Source of the DNA: Candidatus Levyibacteriota bacterium
GTDB lineage: Bacteria; Patescibacteriota; Microgenomatia; Levybacterales; UBA12049
Reading direction: 5' to 3'
Assembly: GCA_016186645.1 (NCBI GenBank)
Contig: JACPLF010000005.1
Span: forward strand, 33,257-97,256
Length of the DNA stretch: 64,000 nucleotides
Below, piece by piece: positions 9,709 to 19,472 of the stretch. Within the stretch, counting starts at the first letter, position 1. The number at the start of each line of letters is the position of its first letter. Both the position numbers and the translations under genes were made by a program. The notes under the pieces are model-generated. The model had not been told where the DNA came from and made no database searches. It saw only the letters and a list, made by a program, of their open reading frames with translations.

Positions 9709-10323
9709 CTATAGATCCCATGGATTAATTGGTTGTCTGTGCGAATCTCTCTGAATTACAATTCCCGCTAATCCTTTTTGAGTGAAAGTTAATTGGTTAT
9801 CTTCAGTAATTTTTTCTCGCCATAAACAGTCGGTAATATCTCCTTCGAGTAAAGTAAATTCATATCTTTTATTGCCTTCCGCATATTCTTTTGGTCCTCT
9901 AAACGGCATTTCAGGAGTAACTTGTCTTAAAGCTGTCTTTAAGAATTCGTAGGTCTGCTTTGCTTTGTCTTCGTAACCTTCCGTTTGCCCATGCCCACCA
10001 TATTGCATAGTCCAAGCTGGTTGACCTTTGTAATAGACAGTAGTCATACCAGGCGCTCTAAAATAACCAGTGTAACTATCTCTTAAAAGCCAATCTTCCC
10101 AGCCTTTGTATGCTTTAGAATCTTCCTCTGTCATATTTGGATATGGCCACTGTAATTCCTTGTATCCCGGTCTTTGAGGATCAACTTCTGCGCCATCAGA
10201 AGCCCATGTTTTCCCATTAGCAATGACGATAAAATCAGCAAGATTTTTTAGCCAAGCTTCTTTTTTAGCTTCTTGTTCTGGTGTTAATTGTACTTCTTTA
10301 CTCATAGTATTTACATCTTCCAT
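9709..10323 (-). CDS. Hypothetical protein
   Basis: 204 aa ORF, Trp/Tyr-rich. No motif recognised. Confidence 0.3.
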   Translation of the reverse strand: MEDVNTMSKEVQLTPEQEAKKEAWLKNLADFIVIANGKTWASDGAEVDPQRPGYKELQWPYPNMTEEDSKAYKGWEDWLLRDSYTGYFRAPGMTTVYYKGQPAWTMQYGGHGQTEGYEDKAKQTYEFLKTALRQVTPEMPFRGPKEYAEGNKRYEFTLLEGDITDCLWREKITEDNQLTFTQKGLAGIVIQRDSHRQPINPWDL

Positions 10324-10357
10324 AGTTCATTCTGGTTTACGCACGTATGGTTAGGTC

Positions 10358-10431
10358 TGGAGCGGGATAGGGGAGTCGAACCCCTCTTTTTTGCTTGGAA
10401 AGCAAATGTTGAACCGATCAACTAATCCCGC
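10358..10431 (-). tRNA. tRNA-Gly (anticodon TCC)
   Basis: Cloverleaf on minus strand. Anticodon loop TTTCCAA. 3' CCA encoded. Confidence 0.75.
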
Positions 10432-10445
10432 CTTTAATCATTTTA

Positions 10446-11609
10446 TCACCTTATTCTCCTCATCTCAACTCTATAAAAAAGAATAAAACCTACCAAAAGC
10501 ACCACTACTGTTACCCAAAACGGAAAAGAATACCCAAGTCTTCCGATTGTAAATCCGGCAATAACAGGACCAAATATCCTGCCCATACTTTCAAAAGAAA
10601 AAGCCAAACCCATTGTAGTCCCCTGACCTTCTTTTGTAGCTTTGGACAAAACCGCATTAACTGTTGGTCTTTTAAATCCGCTTCCAATAATTGAAAATAT
10701 AAAGAATACATAAAAAAGCGTTAACGACAAAGTCAAAGGAGCTAACAACTGCCCAAAAACCATAAGACCGATTCCCAACAGAATTGTTTTTAATTCTCCG
10801 ATTTTTCTGATAACAATAGGCAGCAAAAACCACTGGGCAATTGCTGATGCCAGACCTGTCATTGAGAAAAATATTCCAATGTCCATTTGCTTCATGGCGA
10901 ATTTGGCCTCGGTTAAAAGCGGGATGGCTACTTGAAAATTAGAAATATAAAAAGACCAAGCAAAAAGAAGATAGAATAATACTCCAAAATCCCCTCTTAG
11001 TCCTGAGTAAATTGCTTTAAGATTCAGAAAACCTTCCCGAAGCACGAAATGTTTTGCTTTCTTCGTGAGCGATTCCGGAAGAAATATCCAGACCAACACC
11101 AAATTTACCAAAGTAATTAATGCCGCTGCTATAAAAGCCAACGAAAATCCCAAGCTTCCCAGAAATCCTCCAATAGCCGGACCGAATACAAACCCCAGCG
11201 CAAAAAGGGCAGCTACTTTACCCATATACTCAGTTCTTTTTTCTTTGGAGACAATATCTGCGATATACGCTTGGGCTATAGGAAAATTTCCAGCTGTTGC
11301 TACACCATGCAATACCCTGGACAGAAAAATAAGAGTTAAGTTATTAGCAAATCCAATCAAGAAAAATGCCAGAGCAGATCCGATAATTGAAGCTGCCAAT
11401 ATGGGTTTCCTGCCATATTTATCAGACAAACGGCCGAAAATCGGAGCCGCAACAAACTGCCCTACCGAAAAACTCGCAGCCAAAATGCCTATGTCAAATG
11501 GGGTTGCTTTAAAAGTTTCAGCAAATAACGGAAGGAGCGGAAAAACCATTCCAAACCCTGTTATATTGACAAAAACAGTGATATAAAGCCAAAAAATCTT
11601 TTTCTGCAT
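10446..11609 (-). CDS. MFS transporter
   Basis: 12-TM protein with MFS signature GRLSDKYGRKP. Confidence 0.75.
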   Translation of the reverse strand: MQKKIFWLYITVFVNITGFGMVFPLLPLFAETFKATPFDIGILAASFSVGQFVAAPIFGRLSDKYGRKPILAASIIGSALAFFLIGFANNLTLIFLSRVLHGVATAGNFPIAQAYIADIVSKEKRTEYMGKVAALFALGFVFGPAIGGFLGSLGFSLAFIAAALITLVNLVLVWIFLPESLTKKAKHFVLREGFLNLKAIYSGLRGDFGVLFYLLFAWSFYISNFQVAIPLLTEAKFAMKQMDIGIFFSMTGLASAIAQWFLLPIVIRKIGELKTILLGIGLMVFGQLLAPLTLSLTLFYVFFIFSIIGSGFKRPTVNAVLSKATKEGQGTTMGLAFSFESMGRIFGPVIAGFTIGRLGYSFPFWVTVVVLLVGFILFYRVEMRRIR

Positions 11610-11702
11610 AAGTACAAAAATAAATTATAACAAGTTTTGTAAAAAGTTGTTTTAGTATTTCACTATCCTAGCTTCATGTGTTACAATATCTTCAATATTC
11701 AA

Positions 11703-11785
11703 GCTGCGGTGGTGGAATGGTATACACGGAGGCCTTAAGAGCCTCTATCCGTAAGGGTGTGTGGGTTCGACTCCCTCCCGCAGCA
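11703..11785 (+). tRNA. tRNA-Leu (anticodon TAA), class II long variable arm
   Basis: Acceptor GCTGCGG pairs with CCGCAGC. Anticodon loop CTTAAGA. Long variable arm. Confidence 0.65.
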
Positions 11786-11787
11786 CT

Positions 11788-11861
11788 CGGGGGTTAGCTC
11801 AGCTGGCTAGAGCGCGCGGTTTGGGACCGTGAGGTCGGAGGTTCAAATCCTCTACCCCCGA
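11788..11861 (+). tRNA. tRNA-Pro (anticodon TGG)
   Basis: Acceptor CGGGGGT pairs with ACCCCCG. D-arm GCTCAGCTGGCTAGAGC. Anticodon loop TTTGGGA. Confidence 0.8.
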
Positions 11862-11888
11862 CAAACGATCTTGTATATAATTGAATCG

Positions 11889-12851
11889 CTATTGGTGGGG
11901 AGGAGGAGTGATACCTTGAATTTTCAAACCATAATCTAGCAAATCTTTCATTTCCTGCCTTCTATTGTCACTTCCCAAAAGAATACCAATAATTTCGTGA
12001 CCCTTGTAATTGAGATAAGTAACTAAGCAAAGTCCTGCTTCTGGAGTGTATCCATCTTTTACGCCAAAAACTCCGGGATAACTAGAAATAAGATTAGTTT
12101 GGTTTTCCAAATAAAATGCTTTGTGATTTTGCGAATAGGGAATATTGTGAATAAAAGTTCCCGCAACTTTTTTAAAAATAGGGAACTGCAAAGCATATTT
12201 TGTTATTACCAATAAATCATATGCAGTTGCATATTGTCTTCCTTCTCCTTCAAGGCCTGTTGGATTTGTAAAATGAGTATTCTTAAGTCCCAGGGATTTT
12301 GCTTTATTATTCATAGCCTCAATAAATTTATCTCGTCCCTCAGGAAAATTTCCTGCCAGTGTTTCCGCCGCATCGTTGCCGGAAGTCAGAATCAAACCAT
12401 AAAGCAATTCTTTCAATGTTAATTTTTCACCTACTGAAAGCCCCATTGAATTTTCACCAACAAGGTCTTGCGGAAAAACTAAATACTTGTCATCCGGAGT
12501 TGCCGACTCTATTGCCACAATTGCAGTCATTATTTTTGTAAGAGAAGCCATTGGAAGCTTTTTAGATGCATCTTTTGAAAACAAAATCTTGTTATCGGTT
12601 AGGTCATAAACCAAAGCAGATTTTGCGCTTAGACTTGGAATTTTATTTTTATCCTCTTCGAACATTTCAAAAAAAGGCGACCACAAATTAAGAGTAGACA
12701 CCTGGTTATTTGCGAAAGATGTTAGAAAATTTGGAAGAGGAGAAACAATAATTTGTTTAAATTTAAAGATTTTCTGATACGCAAAAACGCAGATCCCCAA
12801 AAATAAAACGATCAATAACAAAATATAAATCCTGTAAATGTTTTTATTCAC
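11889..12851 (-). CDS. D-alanyl-D-alanine carboxypeptidase (PBP5/6 family, S11 peptidase)
   Basis: SLTKIMT (SxxK), SGND (SxN) and KTG motifs. N-terminal TM helix. Confidence 0.8.
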   Translation of the reverse strand: MNKNIYRIYILLLIVLFLGICVFAYQKIFKFKQIIVSPLPNFLTSFANNQVSTLNLWSPFFEMFEEDKNKIPSLSAKSALVYDLTDNKILFSKDASKKLPMASLTKIMTAIVAIESATPDDKYLVFPQDLVGENSMGLSVGEKLTLKELLYGLILTSGNDAAETLAGNFPEGRDKFIEAMNNKAKSLGLKNTHFTNPTGLEGEGRQYATAYDLLVITKYALQFPIFKKVAGTFIHNIPYSQNHKAFYLENQTNLISSYPGVFGVKDGYTPEAGLCLVTYLNYKGHEIIGILLGSDNRRQEMKDLLDYGLKIQGITPPPHQ

Positions 12852-12973
12852 TCAAATTATTTTATCATAGAAGGGTATTGACATACTTTTGGATATATGT
12901 CTATACTAGTTTAGAGACCCGCCTTCGTCCGCCTCTGGCGGACTTCGGCGAGGCGAAGAAGGAGGTGATATAA

Positions 12974-13162
12974 ATGAAAGGACTTCAACAAGCAGCAAAC
13001 GTTCTCGTAATCGTTGGTGCACTTAACTGGGGATTGGTCGGACTTCTCGACCTTAACGTTGTAAATATGGTCTTGGGTTCAATGGCCGGACTTGAAAAAA
13101 TTGTATATATCTTGGTCGGTTTGTCCGGAGTATTGGCACTGACTAACATGAACAAGAAATAA
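12974..13162 (+). CDS. DUF378 family small membrane protein
   Basis: 62 aa with LVIVGALNWGLVGL motif. Strong RBS GAAGGAGG. GC-rich hairpin in the 5' UTR. Confidence 0.55.
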   Translation: MKGLQQAANVLVIVGALNWGLVGLLDLNVVNMVLGSMAGLEKIVYILVGLSGVLALTNMNKK

Positions 13163-13240
13163 TCTTTGTTCTGCAATGCAGAACTGGATAGGTTTTATAT
13201 TCATCCCGGGATGAGCTAGTAGCATTAAACAGGAAAAGGG

Positions 13241-13249
13241 TGGTATAAT
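13241..13249 (+). promoter_or_regulatory. Extended -10 promoter element TGGTATAAT
   Basis: TGnTATAAT consensus about 60 bp upstream of the 13311 ORF. Confidence 0.35.
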
Positions 13250-13310
13250 ATAAAAAAGACGGATTTCTTTTGTCTTTTTTTTTGTTTCTAGGGGTAAAAA
13301 AGACGACAGA

Positions 13311-14282
13311 ATGATTGAACAAGTTATGATTAAGGATAATGGCATGAAAATCTCTGCTGAGAATATTCCAAATCTTGATCAAACAGTAATGCAGGCTTTG
13401 GTTTTTTTTATCGAAAATCCGCCTCCCCGCATTGATATTTCTCAATTCAAATCTCCATTTGTATTTGGATCTGGGAATGCTATAAATGCAGGACTTATTA
13501 TTTTCTCAGACACAGGTGCCACTTTTGGGGACGAAAGTAATTACAAGTCTGTATTCTCATCTTCAAACAAAAAGACTCAGCAAGGGGAATTAAGGGATGT
13601 CATTGTCATATCTGCTTCCGGAGCTAAGGATGCGCCTTCAGAAATTGAGTTTGCAAAACAAAACGGACTTAAAACCACGCTTTTAACAACTAAATCAGAA
13701 TCTGATGCTGCAAAGATTGCAGATAAAGTTATAACCTATAAATCGATTGCAGAACCATACACCTACAATACTTCAACATACATGGGAATGATTCTGTCGG
13801 CAACGGGAGAAAATCCAGCTAGAATCAAACAGCTTATAGAAGGCCTTAAGCTACCTGAAAATTTCGCAGAGCATAAGTATTTTGCTTTTGTTGTGCCGGA
13901 TGAATTTATGCAGATTTGCCCAATGCTTGATATTAAAGACAATGAGCTGTTCGGACCTCACAGTACTATTAGAGCCTACAGCCAAGGTCACGCAAGACAT
14001 GCTAAATTTGTTATAAGAGACGAAAACGAGCTGGTTATGACGGTGGGGAGCAAGAATGAACATTTTGGCGATCCTAATCATAGATGGGACATAGATATTC
14101 CCAATGATATTAAGTACGGTGGTATTATGGCTTTAACTTATTATATTGTCGGCAAAATTCAGGCTTCAAAGCCTCCGTATTTTAAAGAAAATATAGCCAG
14201 ATACGCAAAAGAGGATGGTCCTGCTGCATATGGAGAGGGAACAAAACCTTTTGAAGTGATAGTTCCGGGATCTGAAGACTAA
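13311..14282 (+). CDS. Hypothetical protein with possible SIS-like phosphosugar-binding region
   Basis: DVIVISASGAKD...LKTTLLTTKSES...KIADKVI pattern resembles a SIS domain. Confidence 0.3.
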   Translation: MIEQVMIKDNGMKISAENIPNLDQTVMQALVFFIENPPPRIDISQFKSPFVFGSGNAINAGLIIFSDTGATFGDESNYKSVFSSSNKKTQQGELRDVIVISASGAKDAPSEIEFAKQNGLKTTLLTTKSESDAAKIADKVITYKSIAEPYTYNTSTYMGMILSATGENPARIKQLIEGLKLPENFAEHKYFAFVVPDEFMQICPMLDIKDNELFGPHSTIRAYSQGHARHAKFVIRDENELVMTVGSKNEHFGDPNHRWDIDIPNDIKYGGIMALTYYIVGKIQASKPPYFKENIARYAKEDGPAAYGEGTKPFEVIVPGSED

Positions 14283-14611
14283 CGCAGAATCTTTTTCTTA
14301 TTTAGCCTCATTTTGGTCTTAATACGAGCTTTTTTCGCTGAATCCTGTTCTTTTTGGAGTTTGATTCTGGCTTTGGTTCTTTTGTCGATTCCTGCCTGGC
14401 ACTCTTTATCAGGACATCTGTAAATTGTGGTAATTATCTTGGAAAAGCTGTCTTTTGTTTCGGTTTTACCCACGAAGATAAGCTTTCTTCCACACTGGCT
14501 ACACTGGGGCTGTTTTGTTGTTGGGTTAGATATTATCAAAGAACTGCTATTATACCATATTTGTGCATATTTTGCTTTTTGTTTTAATGGTCTATAGATA
14601 AAACATTGCAA
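14279..14611 (-). CDS. Topoisomerase-type C4 zinc-ribbon protein with Lys-rich tail
   Basis: CSQCGRKLIF...YRCPDKECQ, then a KARIKLQKEQDSAKKARIKTKMRLNKKK tail. Confidence 0.4.
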   Translation of the reverse strand: MQCFIYRPLKQKAKYAQIWYNSSSLIISNPTTKQPQCSQCGRKLIFVGKTETKDSFSKIITTIYRCPDKECQAGIDKRTKARIKLQKEQDSAKKARIKTKMRLNKKKILR

Positions 14612-15218
14612 AAAAGTGGCAAATACTACCCCCTAGAACAAACAGATGCCATACTGCGTGATTGAAGTAAATTTGCTTCAGGGAATAAAAAATTATCCCG
14701 CTTGTATACAGTATCCCTCCCAACGTCAAAAGATATATCGCATTAATAGATAAAGACTCCAAAAGTGGTTTTATACCAATAATGGCAAACCAACCCATGA
14801 AAATATAAAGAATTAGAGATAATTTCTTAAACTTATGCACATAGAATATCTTGAGAAATATACCTACAATCGTGATAATCCATATTAAGGTCAATAGTGT
14901 TAATCCGAATTGCCCTTTTAAGGCTACCAGCATAAAAGGAGTATATGTGCCTGCAATTAACAAAAATATACAGGAATGGTCCAAAATTCTAAGTACTTTT
15001 TGGGCTTTAGTAAAACTCAAACTATGATAAAGAGTAGAAACTAAGTAGGAAAATATAATTACAATGCCAAAGGCACTAAAACCAATGATTTTATTTTTAT
15101 TCTCTCCGGCTAAGTTTAAAAGTATCAGCCAGCCAACAATGCTCAAAACTATTCCCAATCCATGAGTAACTGCATTAAAAATTTCTTCTATTATGGATGT
15201 GTTATTGTGACGGACCAT
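14592..15218 (-). CDS. Hemolysin III / PAQR family channel protein
   Basis: 7-TM protein. Conserved C-terminal HxxxH region NHAVWHLFVLGGSICHF. Confidence 0.8.
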   Translation of the reverse strand: MVRHNNTSIIEEIFNAVTHGLGIVLSIVGWLILLNLAGENKNKIIGFSAFGIVIIFSYLVSTLYHSLSFTKAQKVLRILDHSCIFLLIAGTYTPFMLVALKGQFGLTLLTLIWIITIVGIFLKIFYVHKFKKLSLILYIFMGWFAIIGIKPLLESLSINAIYLLTLGGILYTSGIIFYSLKQIYFNHAVWHLFVLGGSICHFFAMFYL

Positions 15219-15292
15219 AGACTTAAAACATTATATAATAAAAAAGTGATAACGCTTGACTTCTTTCCCGTAAAAAGGCTATTATTTAACTT

Positions 15293-15826
15293 ATGGCAAC
15301 AGACGTCTGTCCTAAATGCGGGAGTTCACTTTCCGATATCACAACCACAAAAACAGGCAAAAAATTGCAAAGATGCTCAACTGGCTCATGGGATCCGGAA
15401 ACAAGGTCTAATGTTGGATGCGACTTCGTAAAATGGATTGAAGTAGAACCCCAAACATTGGACGAGAAATGCCCAAAATGCGGCGCTAATCTTATTCTTG
15501 CAGTGACCAGATTTGGAAAGAAGATGAAAAAATGCTCAAAGGGATCTTGGGATAAAGAGGCCAAAAAAGCAATCGGGTGTGATTATGTTGAATGGATCAA
15601 TGGCACAAAAGAACCGCTTGATGAAGACTGTCCGCAGTGCGGAAGTAAACTCGTGCTATTCACGACAAATGCGGGGAAGAAAATGAAAAAATGCTCAACG
15701 AGTGGATGGGATCCAAAAGAGAGGGCTGCGACCGGATGCACGTATATTCAATGGCTCAAGCCAAGCGATTATCCAACTGCGGAAAATACCGGAGAGGAAT
15801 TCCTCCCGCCAGAACCCCAGAATTAG
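15293..15826 (+). CDS. Protein of three tandem topoisomerase-I-type C4 zinc ribbons
   Basis: Three repeats of CPKCG-x(n)-KKxxKCS-x-GSWD-x(n)-GCD(Y/F)(V/I)xW. Confidence 0.6.
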   Translation: MATDVCPKCGSSLSDITTTKTGKKLQRCSTGSWDPETRSNVGCDFVKWIEVEPQTLDEKCPKCGANLILAVTRFGKKMKKCSKGSWDKEAKKAIGCDYVEWINGTKEPLDEDCPQCGSKLVLFTTNAGKKMKKCSTSGWDPKERAATGCTYIQWLKPSDYPTAENTGEEFLPPEPQN

Positions 15827-15938
15827 ATCTCCGTCAAGTTCACGTTTGTGATATAATTTTGTAGATTGCGGCACGTAAAGTTTCGATGTCTCAATACCAC
15901 GTGCCAGCAACGTGATTTGCCAGACGCAAATTTTACGT

Positions 15939-16009
15939 TGCGGGATCGTTTAATGGTAGGACGGAGGACTTTGGATCCTCTAATCTAGGTCCGATTCCTA
16001 GTCCCGCAG
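15939..16009 (+). tRNA. tRNA-Gln (anticodon TTG), U1-A72 pair
   Basis: Acceptor TGCGGGA pairs with TCCCGCA. Anticodon arm GAGGA-CTTTGGA-TCCTC. T-arm CTAGG-TCCGATT-CCTAG. Confidence 0.6.
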
Positions 16010-16282
16010 CTCTGAATACTAATATTATTGAATAGAATAGGATATCCTTCGGTTTGAACCTAAACAACCCCGGGATTGATTAGCTTTGAGCATCTTTCTC
16101 TGTCTTTGCTTAATAATTGGATTAAGCAGACAAATTTATCCGATCGGCAAATTTTGTCAAGAGATTCTAATTAATTTTACCATCCGCAGCTGAATCTACT
16201 ACCAAACAGCTTGCTCTTTTCGTTCTTTATTTAACTAAATATTTTGTAATCCACCTTACAGAGAAAACTATAGGTGAGAAAA

Positions 16283-16438
16283 ATGATACAGCAACAATGG
16301 GATCAACATGTAGACCATTTAAGGGATCACATTAGTTGGCCCGCAAGCAAAGCGCAAATCATGGCAGCGTGCATGGGGGAGGATGTTGAAAAGAGCTATC
16401 GAAATGAAGGGGAAATAAAAAAAGCCCTGGTGAATTAA
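16283..16438 (+). CDS. Small DUF2795-like protein (52 aa), below the ORF-track cutoff
   Basis: ATG start. Motif HISWPASKAQIMAAC typical of DUF2795 (YPAxK). Confidence 0.45.
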   Translation: MIQQQWDQHVDHLRDHISWPASKAQIMAACMGEDVEKSYRNEGEIKKALVN

Positions 16439-16442
16439 GTTT

Positions 16443-16928
16443 TCAATCACTTTCTCCGTACAAACCAATTAATTGTGTTTTATCTATTATATGACCCTGC
16501 ATTACTTCCCCAATCTGAGTTTTTGTTGATTCTTGGGGCAAATCTAACAAACTATCCAAAGCATACAATTTGAAAAAGTAGCGATGGACTCCACTTGGAG
16601 GACAAGGTCCGCCGTAACCCGGCTTTCCAAAATCTGTAATGCCTAAAACAGCACCTTTTGGAACGCTGTTTTCTAAAATTTCCTTTGTTTTTGGATCAAT
16701 ATTGTAAACAACCCAATGAACCCAGGTTTTGGAAGGCGCATCCGGATCATCCATAATTAAAACTAAACTTTTTGCATCCCGAGGAACATCGAAGAAAGAA
16801 AGTGGAGGATTGATATTCTCTCCATCGCAAGTATATTTAGCCGGAATTTTTGCATTATTCTCAAAAGCAGAACTGACAATTTTCATGTGAGCTCCTGACG
16901 TACTGTTACACAGACTGCCAGGATTCAT
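16443..16928 (-). CDS. YbhB/YbcL family PEBP (Raf kinase inhibitor-like) protein
   Basis: GPCPPSGVHRYFFKLYALD PEBP signature. The real start may be the second Met at 16886, which is preceded by AGGAG. Confidence 0.8.
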   Translation of the reverse strand: MNPGSLCNSTSGAHMKIVSSAFENNAKIPAKYTCDGENINPPLSFFDVPRDAKSLVLIMDDPDAPSKTWVHWVVYNIDPKTKEILENSVPKGAVLGITDFGKPGYGGPCPPSGVHRYFFKLYALDSLLDLPQESTKTQIGEVMQGHIIDKTQLIGLYGESD

Positions 16929-17183
16929 CAGATTGTTTCTATCTGACGGTCTTTTACCTAATTTAGTCTATGCTTTAGGTTAAAAATGTATAAGTATGCA
17001 TATTAGGAACTCGATCCTAGTGACAGAGATGAATTATCAATTATGATATCAATATTCGCCCCCTAACGGTAAGGCCTGTCCCGCCGAAGCCGTAAGGCGA
17101 AGGAGGATACTGTGAAAAGATTATAGCACAAATTTTCTGTTAATTTATGTTGTATAATCAAAGCAGTCAAAAGTTAAAACATT

Positions 17184-17579
17184 ATGATATATAAGGGCGT
17201 TATTATTGAAGAAAGTCTAAGCAATACTCCTATCTTAAAGGACGTTAGTATTTTAGAAACTAAAGTTGAAACGGTCACTCCTGAACATCAAACTCCTTGG
17301 TTGAAGCAATGGACTCTTCATACAGTGGAAGTACCAGAAGATAAAGCAGAGGATATAGCTGAAAAATTAAGTAAGTCCTTGGATTATTCCCACAATAGTA
17401 GCTGGTATGCTGATTTTAAAAATGATGAGTACCACTTTATTATTTTTAAGGATAAAATTTTTAAGGTCGGACTTGATGACGCTGAAGGGTTTAAAGAAGA
17501 AAAACAATATGGTATTTCTTTAGGAATTCCAGAGTACCAAGTTGATTTTGCACCAGAAGATAAAGTTTGGGAGCGATAA
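17184..17579 (+). CDS. Hypothetical protein
   Basis: 131 aa ORF. Overlaps the start of cdd by 13 nt. Confidence 0.3.
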   Translation: MIYKGVIIEESLSNTPILKDVSILETKVETVTPEHQTPWLKQWTLHTVEVPEDKAEDIAEKLSKSLDYSHNSSWYADFKNDEYHFIIFKDKIFKVGLDDAEGFKEEKQYGISLGIPEYQVDFAPEDKVWER

Positions 17580-18016
17580 ATATGGATATGACAGACCAGC
17601 AACAGAAAAACTTAATAACAGCAGCGCTAGAAGGAATGAAAAATGCTTTTACTGGTACTAATAAACCAGAAGACATGAGATTTGGCGCAGCAGTTTTAAC
17701 AAAGAAAGGCAACATTTATTCTTCTGGACAATATTATTCTGACACTTATTCTTTGACGCTACACGCGGAACAATCGGCCTTAGCTCACGCAGCTGCTCAC
17801 GGAGAGTACGACATTGTCGCTATTGCCATTACTGGAAATGAACCGGTGGGTCCGAATGATTCAATTTATCCATGCCATATGTGTAAACAGCTTCTTTGGG
17901 AAAATCACTTGCGTTCAAAAGAAAACACAGAGCTCATTTTATTGAATGAGAAGGGCAAAATATTAGAAAAATTGAAACTGCTCGATATTATAAATTATCC
18001 TTGGCCTAAAGGATGA
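17567..18016 (+). CDS. cdd: Cytidine deaminase
   Basis: Zinc-binding HAEQSA and PCHMCKQ motifs of the homotetrameric CDA family. Confidence 0.7.
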   Translation: MGAINMDMTDQQQKNLITAALEGMKNAFTGTNKPEDMRFGAAVLTKKGNIYSSGQYYSDTYSLTLHAEQSALAHAAAHGEYDIVAIAITGNEPVGPNDSIYPCHMCKQLLWENHLRSKENTELILLNEKGKILEKLKLLDIINYPWPKG

Positions 18017-18810
18017 TGATTATGTATGAAGATAATCCATTTATGTTAAAAAGCAAAGGTCATTCCTTAGAATCAAGTGAAAATCAAGTATTGAAGCAAT
18101 TACAACTTATGTTTAGGGAAAGAAATGATATCGCAGCCGTCATTATTGAACCAGTTATGGTGAATGCGGGCGGTTTTATTTTTAGCAAAAGGTTCCTGAA
18201 GGAATTAAGAAATATATGCTCGAAATACAATGTATCATTAATTTTTGATGAAATTCAAACAGCGTTTGGTTGGCTTGGAACTTTTTTTGCTTCTGATTTC
18301 TTTGGTGTCACTCCGGATATTGTTACTCTCGGTAAAGGTTTAAGTAGTGGTTTTCCGCTCGCAGCGATCATCATGAAAGAGGAGTACGACGTAATTAACT
18401 ATGGTGAAGATGAGTACACATACGGTGGTCATCCCATTTCCTGCGCAGTTGCACTAGAAACTATCAGGTTTCTGGAAAATTCAAACATTTTTTCTGAAGT
18501 TATGGAAAGAAGTAATTTACTTAAAAAACTATTGCTAGAAATGGCAAAAACAAATAAAGAATATATTAAAGAGGTAAGAATATGCGGTCTTATCGCCTCT
18601 TTAGAATTTTACCAAAATAAACACAAAGATTTTGCAAATTATGTATATAAAACCGCATTATATAATGGGCTAGTGTTAAGAAAGTCATCTAACGGTTTTA
18701 GGCCGAGCCTCGTATTAAAACCTCCTCTCATTGTTTCAATAACAGAGACTGAGAGAGCCATGGATTTATTATCAGAAAGTATTCATGAGGCAGCTGAAGC
18801 ATTGCGGTAA
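18013..18810 (+). pseudogene. Class III (acetylornithine/GABA-type) aminotransferase, N-terminally truncated by about 150 aa
   Basis: Retains DEIQTAFGWLG and TLGKGLSSG (PLP lysine) but lacks the N-terminal substrate-binding domain. Preceded by cdd in another frame. Confidence 0.5.
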
Positions 18811-18815
18811 AAACA

Positions 18816-19472
18816 ATGATCAAACTCATCATTTTCGATTACGATGGTCTTCTTGTTGAAAGCGAGAAATTGGCATTTCGTGCAGAGGAAAAGATTTTAC
18901 GGAGATATGGAAAACCACTAACGAAAGATTTGTTCGATAAATATTTAGGTTATTCTGTAATTGATACGCTGAAAGGATATATTGGATATCATAATTTATC
19001 TATTTCTATTGATGACTTTTATGCACAGAGAGAGGCTACGATAAATACTTCTTTGGAAACAAACCTTATATTAAAGCGCGGAGCAAAGATACTACTAGAG
19101 TATCTGCATAAAAAAAGGATAACAATGGTTATTGGCTCTTCAGGGGAGCGTTCATATATTGAAACCGGGTTGAAGATTTTAGGTGTTGAAAAATATTTCA
19201 AAAATATTACTTGCGTCAGCGAAGTCAAAAGAGGAAAACCAAACCCTGATTTATTCCTTGAAGCTTTAAGGAAAAATAATACAAAGGCAAAAGAAGCAAT
19301 TGTTCTTGAAGATGCTATCTCAGGAATTAAAGCAGCAAAAGCTGCCAATATATTTTGCATCACCGTTCCACCGCTTGATATGAATATACAAGGCCATAGA
19401 ATCGCTGATATTGTTGTTGATAATTTAGAAAAAGTAAAAGATATATTTGAAAATTTTCAAACATTCTCGTAA
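18816..19472 (+). CDS. HAD-IA family hydrolase (beta-phosphoglucomutase-like)
   Basis: DxD motif IIFDYDGLLVESE. SGIKAAKAA motif IV. Confidence 0.75.
   Translation: MIKLIIFDYDGLLVESEKLAFRAEEKILRRYGKPLTKDLFDKYLGYSVIDTLKGYIGYHNLSISIDDFYAQREATINTSLETNLILKRGAKILLEYLHKKRITMVIGSSGERSYIETGLKILGVEKYFKNITCVSEVKRGKPNPDLFLEALRKNNTKAKEAIVLEDAISGIKAAKAANIFCITVPPLDMNIQGHRIADIVVDNLEKVKDIFENFQTFS

Noticed and set aside
12915-12973. Possible riboswitch upstream of the DUF378 gene
   Set aside because: Only a single GC-rich hairpin (TCCGCC-TCTG-GGCGGA with partial extension) lies directly before a strong RBS. It shares GGCGAAG-GAGG with another GC island at 17080-17110. It is more likely another member of the GC-rich repeat family than a structured ligand-binding RNA.
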